From an uncultured Candidatus Saccharibacteria bacterium (GTDB lineage Bacteria; Patescibacteriota; Saccharimonadia; Saccharimonadales; JAGQNK01), in NCBI GenBank assembly GCA_964636355.1, contig CAZWRG010000003.1:793-64792 (forward strand): a DNA stretch of 64,000 bases, in the 5' to 3' direction. Shown piece by piece: positions 9,190 through 16,521 of this stretch. The notes below the pieces were generated by a model, which ran no database searches, was not told where the DNA came from, and saw nothing but the letters and a program-made list of their open reading frames with translations. How positions within the stretch are numbered: the stretch's first letter is position 1; every line of letters starts with the position of its first letter. Made by a program: the position numbers and the translations under genes.

Positions 9190-10080
9190 ATGTTTAAAAA
9201 AGTCGAGGCTGAACGAAATTGCTACGATGCCATACGGAACATTGATGCGGCGATCAGGGGTAGCTTAAATCCTGGGCAAGATTATGCAATAGTTGGTGGA
9301 ACGGCAACTGGCGCTTACATGGAAGGCTCTACAGCTCACGACCTTGTTAGTCGAGTGTCGTTCGCTGCTCATGAAACGGGTCCTAGTATCCTTAGACCGG
9401 AGAATGGCACCGCCCGAGACATTGATATTTTGATTATCGGTGGTGAGCTACCCGAAGAGCAAGCCAAAGATATACTGGAGGTAGTCGGGCATGAAGTGCC
9501 AGAGCTGGAAATTTCGGTTTTCGGTCTTAGGCGCCATCAGGATCAACTTACAAATTATGATAGGTTAAAAAGGACTGCTTCTAATTGGCTGTCCGAAAGA
9601 ACCATTGATGAAAATGGCGTGCTGCGATATGAATTATATCCATTGAGTAAAGAGATTGATTCTGAAAGCTTAAAACCCTGGAAAGTTGTGGTTGGCGAGT
9701 CGGTGATTTTCAATGCATTGCATCCAGCTGGCCATACCTTGGCCTACCTGACTCGTTCAATTTCTGGTGTCCGTTACAAAGATGCTGAAAAGTTAGCCAG
9801 GCTTGTCGACGCGGTAATGGCGGTTCCGGAATTTAAATCAGAAATTACCGAAGGAGCTTTCAGGGGATGGTATGATTTTGCGTTAGCTGTGTGGGACATA
9901 AGAGATGGCAAAGAAGTTAATCCTAATATGCTTGATCCGCAAGCCGGGGAAGCAGATTTAGCGATTTTTAGGGCCAAAAGCCGACTTCTTAAAAAACTGG
10001 AGCAAAACCCGATGCTTGTAAAATTCGCGCAGTCTGAAAACGGAGCGGCTAGACTCAAGCGTTTCGTTGGTAATGCGTAA
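9190..10080 (+). CDS. Hypothetical protein with candidate nucleotidyltransferase-fold motif
   Basis: IVGGTATGAY ... ARDIDILIIG resembles the GG...DxD pattern of AbiEii/MNT-type NTases, but the spacing is longer than usual. 3-nt gap from the previous gene. Confidence 0.35.
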   Translation: MFKKVEAERNCYDAIRNIDAAIRGSLNPGQDYAIVGGTATGAYMEGSTAHDLVSRVSFAAHETGPSILRPENGTARDIDILIIGGELPEEQAKDILEVVGHEVPELEISVFGLRRHQDQLTNYDRLKRTASNWLSERTIDENGVLRYELYPLSKEIDSESLKPWKVVVGESVIFNALHPAGHTLAYLTRSISGVRYKDAEKLARLVDAVMAVPEFKSEITEGAFRGWYDFALAVWDIRDGKEVNPNMLDPQAGEADLAIFRAKSRLLKKLEQNPMLVKFAQSENGAARLKRFVGNA

Positions 10081-10157
10081 GTTTCCCAAAATACAATTTT
10101 TACAGCATTAATTGATGGCTTTTTGGGTTAGAATTGTTTCTGTTGCCAAAATTTAAT

Positions 10158-10180
10158 AATTTAGGGAAACCCCTAAATTT
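10158..10180 (+). terminator. Hairpin terminator after 9190-10080
   Basis: AATTTAGGG / CCCTAAATT stem with a 4-nt loop and trailing T. Confidence 0.5.
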
Positions 10181-10200
10181 ACTAAAAACGGAGTGAAAAA

Positions 10201-11190
10201 TTGAACGACTCAACAGAGCCTCAGGAAACTGATATTTTTTTATGGACTAATCAACTGGTGCAAATAAAAGAAGAATTAGACATTGAATTATTTTTGTTCA
10301 ACAAAAATTACGTGGTTTATAAATCTCAGCTTAGCAAGGATCTGCGCCGGCAGCTGGAGCCGCTATTGATTGATAATATTTTGGAATTTGTGCTGGATGG
10401 CGCCGAACAGGGAATGGTGGTGCGAGGTTTTGAAGAGGCCGAAGAAGAAAAAAATGTGCTTCAAAAAACCCGGCTTAGTAATGTCGAAAATGCCAAAATG
10501 GTGTTGAACTGGCTAAAGACCCAGGAGCATGAAATTGAAGTTTTTGTAGAAGAAGAGCATGATTTTAAACGCATTAAGGGCTTGGTTGCCCGGTGTAGTC
10601 ACAAAGAATTAGACAAGCGGTTTTATGTTATAAAGGCTCTGCCGCAATCGCTTATTATGAAGGGCAGCGCCGGCTGGATGCTCAAAAATGGCAAATTTGT
10701 GCCGTTTGACGCCGAGGGCGCGCTTAGAATTCCGGCTGATAACCAGCTGCTGATAATCGATCAAGACATTTTTGTGTTCAATCAATCAAAATTATCGACT
10801 CTTTTTGGTTATGACGCCAAAAAATATACCATCGCTGAACAAAAAATGAAGCTCATCTCAGAAAATTTCAAGCTGAATGTCAATCAGGAAATGTCGATTG
10901 AAGAAATGGTCAAAGGCAAAAAGAGCTTAGTGAACAAGCTCCAAAAACTCGACCCGACAGGTGTTAAGCAGGAGGATTTGATTAGTCATGCCGAGGAGCT
11001 GGATCTGCCATTAATGACTGATGACAGCGGCGCGATTATTATTATGGACGGCAAAGATCTGGATGTCTTTGTGAATTTACTCAATCAAGATTATATGGAG
11101 TCGCCGCTGACCGGCCAACGATTTGAAATTAAAAGCAAACGACCGCTCAAACCGGCTGATGAAGACGATTTGTTAAAACAAGTTCTTTAA
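10201..11190 (+). CDS. Uncharacterised 329-aa cytosolic protein (size and layout reminiscent of DUF4868/KwaB; unverified)
   Basis: TTG start 7 nt after GGAG. No TM. Mixed alpha/beta sequence with an acidic tail. 42 nt upstream of the Pif1-type helicase. Confidence 0.5.
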   Translation: MNDSTEPQETDIFLWTNQLVQIKEELDIELFLFNKNYVVYKSQLSKDLRRQLEPLLIDNILEFVLDGAEQGMVVRGFEEAEEEKNVLQKTRLSNVENAKMVLNWLKTQEHEIEVFVEEEHDFKRIKGLVARCSHKELDKRFYVIKALPQSLIMKGSAGWMLKNGKFVPFDAEGALRIPADNQLLIIDQDIFVFNQSKLSTLFGYDAKKYTIAEQKMKLISENFKLNVNQEMSIEEMVKGKKSLVNKLQKLDPTGVKQEDLISHAEELDLPLMTDDSGAIIIMDGKDLDVFVNLLNQDYMESPLTGQRFEIKSKRPLKPADEDDLLKQVL

Positions 11191-11232
11191 AAACATAAGC
11201 ACAAAAACATTTACACATTATAATAGGAGTTA

Positions 11233-12771
11233 ATGGATCAGACTTTAGCACTTGAGATTATGTTGGCTGGCGAGAGCGTGCTGCTCACCGGCCCGGCTGG
11301 TTCTGGTAAAACTTATGTTCTAGGCGAGTTCATTCGACGCGCCAAACAAAGCGGCAAACACGTTTCGATTACCGCCACCACGGGGCTGGCAGCGACTCAT
11401 CTAAACGGCAGCACAATTCACTCCTGGAGCGGAATTGGCATTCATGACCAGCTGCCTAGTAATTTTCATGAAAACCTAAAAGCTGGCCGCCGCGATACGA
11501 TTGCCAAAACCGACGTGCTGATCATTGATGAGGTCTCGATGCTGCACGATTATCGGCTCGATATGATTGATGAGATTGCCAGAAAAGTTCGCGAAACTGA
11601 CGCGCCTTTTGGCGGCATTCAATTAATTTTGTGTGGGGATTTTTTTCAGCTGCCGCCGGTTTCCAGGCGGGACAGTCGAGCCGGTGGCTTCGTGGTCCAC
11701 TCTTATTCATGGCGAGATTTGGACCCAGTGATTTGCTATTTAAAAGAGCAGCATCGGCAAGATGATGAACAGTTTCTGGAAATATTAAATGCTATGCGCT
11801 CTGGTGACGTTCGGCGGGGACATGCCGAGGCTTTAATCAGTCGGCAATCGGCCTATGACCCTTTTTTGGAGGTTACCGAGCTATACACTACAAATACTGA
11901 TGTTGATCAGATAAATCAGTCAAAATTAGACAGGCTGCCGGGCAAAGAACACCGCTTTACAATGGACAGCTCCGGCAAAAATAATTATGTTGAGAGTCTC
12001 AAAAAAGCCTGCCTGGCCCAAGAGGAGCTGATCCTAAAAGAAGGCGCGTTCGTAATGTGCATCCGTAATAATCCAGAGAAAAAATACGTTAACGGGTCGC
12101 TCGGCGTCATAGAAGGTTTTGAAAAGCTAACTGGTTATCCAATTGTTAAGTTAAAAAACGGTCGCAAAATAACAATTACACCCGAAACCTGGGAGCTGCG
12201 CGACGGCGATAAAAAAAGAGCCAGCCTGACACAGTTGCCGCTGCGGCTGGCGTGGGCAATCACAGTTCACAAAAGTCAGGGTATGACACTGGACGCGGCT
12301 CGAATTGACCTAAAAAAAGCTTTTGTTGAAGGCATGGGCTACGTGGCTTTATCCAGAGTTCGGAACTTAAAATCTTTGAGCCTGGCCGGGATTAATAAAA
12401 TGGCGCTTCGCGTCAGCCAGGACGCGCTGGAGATTGATAAACGGCTGCGGGTAAAGGCCGCAAAAGACCAGAAACGATTTGAACATCTGCGGGAATTGGC
12501 CGCGAAACGCGCTGAATCAGAACGGCATAAATCTCCCAGCCCAAAAGCCGGAACCTGGAGTGAAAAACTCGAAACCATGCGTCAAAAGTATCCTAACGCC
12601 TATCGGCCCTGGACCGCCGAGCAGGACAAAAATCTAGTCCAAATGTTTAGCGGCAGCAAGCAATACACCGTAAAAGACCTGACTGAAATCTTTGGCCGCC
12701 ACCCCGGCTCAATTAGGGCGCGACTTAAAAAGCACTTCGGCGAAGACGCGCTAGAAATTAAAAAGTCTTAA
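11233..12771 (+). CDS. Pif1/RecD-family SF1B DNA helicase with C-terminal HTH-like extension
   Basis: Walker A GPAGSGKTY. IIDEVSML. CGDFFQLPPV. TVHKSQGMTLD. Confidence 0.85.
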   Translation: MDQTLALEIMLAGESVLLTGPAGSGKTYVLGEFIRRAKQSGKHVSITATTGLAATHLNGSTIHSWSGIGIHDQLPSNFHENLKAGRRDTIAKTDVLIIDEVSMLHDYRLDMIDEIARKVRETDAPFGGIQLILCGDFFQLPPVSRRDSRAGGFVVHSYSWRDLDPVICYLKEQHRQDDEQFLEILNAMRSGDVRRGHAEALISRQSAYDPFLEVTELYTTNTDVDQINQSKLDRLPGKEHRFTMDSSGKNNYVESLKKACLAQEELILKEGAFVMCIRNNPEKKYVNGSLGVIEGFEKLTGYPIVKLKNGRKITITPETWELRDGDKKRASLTQLPLRLAWAITVHKSQGMTLDAARIDLKKAFVEGMGYVALSRVRNLKSLSLAGINKMALRVSQDALEIDKRLRVKAAKDQKRFEHLRELAAKRAESERHKSPSPKAGTWSEKLETMRQKYPNAYRPWTAEQDKNLVQMFSGSKQYTVKDLTEIFGRHPGSIRARLKKHFGEDALEIKKS

Positions 12772-12833
12772 ATTTTACAGATCATTTTTTATTTCTCGGC
12801 GACAATATAATCAGCTGATTATAGGAGGTGGCT

Positions 12834-12965
12834 ATGATAAATACTTACAATAACAATTATCTGTATAATAATTCTAGGCTGCAGCGCTACGCTAAGCGAC
12901 CGGCGAAATTCATGGGAAAGTTTGTAGCCATCAAACAGCCCAGAGGACGCCTCGGCAAAAGATAA
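12834..12965 (+). CDS. Unlisted 43-codon ORF encoding a very basic peptide
   Basis: AGGAGG 5 nt upstream of the ATG. Peptide MINTYNNNYLYNNSRLQRYAKRPAKFMGKFVAIKQPRGRLGKR. Too short for the ORF track. Confidence 0.3.
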   Translation: MINTYNNNYLYNNSRLQRYAKRPAKFMGKFVAIKQPRGRLGKR

Positions 12966-13007
12966 TAAGAAGGATGATTGCCGGCTTAGTAGTGGTATGA
13001 TTAGATT

Positions 13008-13601
13008 ATGAGAATCAAAAAAAGACGAAGGCGCAGCCGCGTCTACGCGTTTATCGACAGTCAAAATCTCAATATAAGTATTCAAAAACTAGGTTGGAAA
13101 ATTGATTGGCATAAGTTCAGAGATTATTTGACCGAAAAATACGGCGTTAGCAAAGCTTTCATGTTTATTGGTTACGTGCCGGAATTTGAAGACATGTACA
13201 AACAGCTCCATGAAACCGGGTTTCTAATTGTTCTAAAACCAACTTTTGATATGACCCGGCCGCGACCGGAGGCCGGTGAAGAAACGTCGAACTCAAAGCC
13301 TGAAAAGGAAGAAGATAAGCGTCAAACCAAGGGCAATGTTGATGCCGATTTGGTGCTGTGGGCCATGAAAGAGCAGAAAAACTACGACAAAGCCGTGATT
13401 GTATCTGGTGATGGCGACTTTTTCTCGCTGGTAGAGTATTTGGAAGAGCAGGGTAAATTGCTCAAACTGTTGGCCCCAACCGGCCACTACTCTAGCCTAT
13501 ACAATGCTTTCGAAGGCTATGTTGATCGGATTGACCAATCACGGCGCGAACTGGCTTATTACGATCACAAAAAACGCCGTTCAAACGGCAGGAACAGTTA
13601 G
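13008..13601 (+). CDS. NYN-domain (LabA-like, PIN-related) protein
   Basis: VYAFIDSQNL ... VIVSGDGDFFSLVEYL pattern typical of NYN/LabA domains. Confidence 0.7.
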   Translation: MRIKKRRRRSRVYAFIDSQNLNISIQKLGWKIDWHKFRDYLTEKYGVSKAFMFIGYVPEFEDMYKQLHETGFLIVLKPTFDMTRPRPEAGEETSNSKPEKEEDKRQTKGNVDADLVLWAMKEQKNYDKAVIVSGDGDFFSLVEYLEEQGKLLKLLAPTGHYSSLYNAFEGYVDRIDQSRRELAYYDHKKRRSNGRNS

Positions 13602-13642
13602 ATCGGTCGCCAAAAGACCATAAGTGTTATAATCAAAATCAA

Positions 13643-14917
13643 ATGAACGAAAACAGTAACGAAAATGACAGGATTTTTCCTAGGAACTTTTTTTGGGGCG
13701 CCAGTACAGCGGCTCATCAGGTAGAGGGTGGTCTGGTAAATCAGTGGTCAGTGTGGGAGCTGGAGAACGCTAATCAGCTGGCCCAAACTGCCCATCAACG
13801 GCTTGGTTATTTGCCGGCCTGGAATGAATTTAAGTCCCAAGCTGAAGATCCAGACAACTATGTTTCTGGCCGCGGGGTTGATCATTTCAAGCGCTATAAA
13901 GAAGATTTTGATATCATCGAAAAATTAAATCTAAATAGTTTTAGATTCGGGATTGAGTGGGCGCGGCTTGAGCCTGAGGAGGGCAAGTGGGATGACCGGG
14001 CGGTTGAACATTATCGAGCCTATATAAAAGAACTGCGCGGTCGCGGCATTGAACCGTTTGCGAATATTTGGCACTGGACAATGCCGACCTGGTTTACTGA
14101 TAAAGGCGGCTTTAGGCACAGAAGTAATTTGCAGTATTTTGAGCGTTTTGTTCAGAAGATCGCCGACGAATACGCTGATGATTTGACTTACATCATCACG
14201 CTTAATGAGCCGAATGTGTACACCAGTTTTAGCTACGTTATTGGCGAGTGGCCACCCGAAGAAAAAAGCATTTTAGCGGCCCGGGTCTACAGGAATTTGG
14301 TCGCTGCTCATAAAAAAGCTTATAAAATTCTAAAAAAGAAAAAACCGACACTCCAAATTGGGGTTGCCGCTCAGCTGGCTAATATTCAGGCCAAGCGGCC
14401 GCATAATTTATTCGATCAAATATCAACCAAATGGATGCGCTATTATTGGAACTGGTGGTTTTTGCTCAGAATAAAACGCCATCAAGACTACGTTGGTTTC
14501 AATTATTATTTTACTGATTATTATACCGGCTGGTTTAAGCGAGCTAACCCCAGGGTGCCAATGAACGACTTGGGCTGGTATATGGAACCGGAGGGTTTAT
14601 ATCCGTTGCTATTGCGAATTCATGCTCGGTTTAAAAAGCCAATTTTTGTGCTTGAAAACGGAGTGGCTGATGATTCTGATGACTATCGTCGTTGGTGGAT
14701 CGAAGAAACAATAGTAGCCATGCAGCGGGCGCTTAGCGAAGGCGTAGACCTAAAAGGCTACATGCACTGGAGCTTGCTAGATAATTTTGAATGGAAATAC
14801 GGCTGGTGGCCAAAGTTTGGTCTGGTTGAAGTTGACAGGGAGCATGACATGAAACGAACTATCCGCCCAAGCGCCAAGTGGTTTGCCGAAAGAATTCAGA
14901 ACATTCGCAAATCTTAA
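13643..14917 (+). CDS. Glycoside hydrolase family 1 beta-glucosidase
   Basis: FFWGASTAAHQVEGG. Acid/base TLNEPNV. Nucleophile VLENGVAD. Confidence 0.85.
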   Translation: MNENSNENDRIFPRNFFWGASTAAHQVEGGLVNQWSVWELENANQLAQTAHQRLGYLPAWNEFKSQAEDPDNYVSGRGVDHFKRYKEDFDIIEKLNLNSFRFGIEWARLEPEEGKWDDRAVEHYRAYIKELRGRGIEPFANIWHWTMPTWFTDKGGFRHRSNLQYFERFVQKIADEYADDLTYIITLNEPNVYTSFSYVIGEWPPEEKSILAARVYRNLVAAHKKAYKILKKKKPTLQIGVAAQLANIQAKRPHNLFDQISTKWMRYYWNWWFLLRIKRHQDYVGFNYYFTDYYTGWFKRANPRVPMNDLGWYMEPEGLYPLLLRIHARFKKPIFVLENGVADDSDDYRRWWIEETIVAMQRALSEGVDLKGYMHWSLLDNFEWKYGWWPKFGLVEVDREHDMKRTIRPSAKWFAERIQNIRKS

Positions 14918-14935
14918 CACCACCCCTGTAAGCTA

Positions 14936-14964
14936 TTGACAACGTAACCTTCTTATGCTAATAT
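14936..14964 (+). promoter_or_regulatory. Promoter TTGACA-N17-TAATAT (TGc extended -10), 7 nt before the ATG
   Basis: TTGACA at 14936-14941, TGCTAATAT at 14956-14964, ATG at 14972. Confidence 0.6.
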
Positions 14965-14971
14965 CGTAATC

Positions 14972-15412
14972 ATGAAGACCAGTAATAACGTAAAGAAGTT
15001 AGCAGATATGTACGATCAACCTCTTGATAGGAGTAGCGCTGGGCTTGAGTCTAGGCGTAGTCAAGCAAGGCGGGTGGCTTTAGGTGTTGGTTTGGCGGCG
15101 ACGGCACTTGCAGCTACAGTAGCATATTACAGCTCTATCCCTGTTGGAGTTACTGCCGAATATCGAGATGAAGTTAAAGAGATTGTAGATCAACAAGATG
15201 GCCAGGTGATCAAAGTATCATCTGAGGAAGGTACGGGCACTGCCTCAGAAATAATTCAAGATGTAACAGGCCCTGATGGCGAACCCTTAACTGGTCGACA
15301 GGCGATGGAATTAACAGACTTTATTCATGCCCAGGGTAAGGCGGAAAATGGCGGGCTAGCTGATAGTCAAGGCGTTGAGCTGCCAGTTGGTTATACATAC
15401 GAGCAAAAGTAG
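14972..15412 (+). CDS. Membrane-anchored hypothetical protein
   Basis: Single TM (VALGVGLAATALAATVAYY) followed by an acidic extracytoplasmic domain. Confidence 0.55.
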   Translation: MKTSNNVKKLADMYDQPLDRSSAGLESRRSQARRVALGVGLAATALAATVAYYSSIPVGVTAEYRDEVKEIVDQQDGQVIKVSSEEGTGTASEIIQDVTGPDGEPLTGRQAMELTDFIHAQGKAENGGLADSQGVELPVGYTYEQK

Positions 15413-15433
15413 TCATACTTAAATAACAAGCTT

Positions 15434-15462
15434 AAACACACCATATATTGTGGTGTGTTTTT
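15434..15462 (+). terminator. Rho-independent terminator
   Basis: AAACACACCA / TGGTGTGTTT perfect 10-bp stem, 7-nt loop, T-run. Confidence 0.75.
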
Positions 15463-15474
15463 ATGTGTGGACAC

Positions 15475-15486
15475 AATTGTGGATAA
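15475..15486 (+). promoter_or_regulatory. AATTGTGGATAA 12-mer containing a perfect DnaA-box 9-mer
   Basis: TGTGGATAA is the complement of TTATCCACA. The identical 12-mer recurs at 26536-26547. Confidence 0.4.
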
Positions 15487-15528
15487 CTGGTCAAGTTTTT
15501 GGTGTTAATTAGCTTAAAAGACTTGCAA

Positions 15529-15574
15529 GTGGGTAGTAGTGGGTTGTACACTCGTGTTAGTGGGTAATCGTGGG
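15529..15574 (+). promoter_or_regulatory. Putative MraZ operator: four phased GTGGGT boxes
   Basis: GTGGG starts at 15529, 15539, 15560 and 15570 (spacings 10, 21, 10). The array ends 60 nt upstream of the mraZ ATG. Confidence 0.65.
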
Positions 15575-15635
15575 TAGCCCCAAATAGACTACTCCCGACA
15601 AAAATAAAAACCACTAGTAATTTAAACGAGACATT

Positions 15636-15995
15636 ATGGCCACGGTAGACTACTTTGAAAGAAAGCTTGACGACAAGCGCAGGTTGACGATACCTGCAGA
15701 GCTTCGCGCCGAGTTTGCTAGCGGAGTAGTTATCAGCCGAGGGTTTCAAAAGTATCTGCATCTGTACCCAAAATCGGTTTGGGACGAATTGATGGAGCCG
15801 GAACTTCAAGGAAATATTCTTGATGAACGAACGGCCGATCTGAACGTCCAATTCCGAAGAGGCAAGACAGAGGCAAGCTTGGACGAAAAGCAAGGGCGGA
15901 TCGTCATCGAGCAAGACCTTTTGAATTACGCCGGCATTGACCATGATGTAGTCGCCGTAAGGGCAGGAAAGTATTGGCGTTTATCCGCCGCATAA
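15636..15995 (+). CDS. mraZ: Transcriptional regulator MraZ
   Basis: Two SpoVT/AbrB-like halves with LDDKRRLTIP and LDEKQGRIVI. First gene of the dcw cluster. Confidence 0.8.
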   Translation: MATVDYFERKLDDKRRLTIPAELRAEFASGVVISRGFQKYLHLYPKSVWDELMEPELQGNILDERTADLNVQFRRGKTEASLDEKQGRIVIEQDLLNYAGIDHDVVAVRAGKYWRLSAA

Positions 15996-16021
15996 AACTT
16001 CCGTTGCCAGTTCATTAAAAA

Positions 16022-16443
16022 TTCGGCCAAAACCGAAATAGCACCAGTTTCAATTATGAAGCTTGAGGCGTTTGCGTTTGGATGAAGCAGTGAAAAATAT
16101 GCGAGAATCGCAAAGGAGCCGTACTAAGTACGGTGACTGCGACTCGGAGCAGATTTTTCAGTGATTCGCCAAAAATGACAGTGGGCAAGCTGCCTTGCAG
16201 CTTGGCAGACTGGCATGGCGCATACGTCGCGAGGTTAGCTATTCGGCAGTCAACATATGGGCTTGAAGGCATTAAAACCATACAAAAAACCTTTGCACAT
16301 TCATCAAAACACCTCCCAAAACTCCACCTCACACATAAGTCTCTCAACTGATTTCGAGCTTTGAACCTGTTGGTTTGTTAGCAAACCAACAATCACGTTC
16401 TAAGTAATCAAAATCAAACTTTAGCGGCATAAAGCAGCTAAAG
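16022..16443 (+). other. Structured non-coding spacer between mraZ and rsmH (candidate leader or sRNA)
   Basis: Perfect hairpins at 16022-16037, 16108-16142 (nested), 16186-16204, 16369-16390 and 16419-16443. CACCTCC-like tracts at 16310-16330. Confidence 0.3.
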
Positions 16444-16521
16444 AAACAAAAACAAAAACAACCAAAAAACAAAAAGTTGACTGCTGGATAGGTGACCTTG
16501 CAAAAATAAAAACAAAAATGC

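Noticed and set aside
15432-15944. 170-aa minus-strand ORF overlapping mraZ and its upstream region
   Set aside because: It runs antisense to a well-supported mraZ and across a terminator and the GTGGGT operator array. Its sequence is not protein-like.
16054-16351. ORFs 16054-16347 (minus) and 16133-16351 (plus) in the mraZ-rsmH spacer
   Set aside because: They mutually overlap, have no ribosome-binding sites, and have odd composition. The region is better explained by its hairpins as non-coding.
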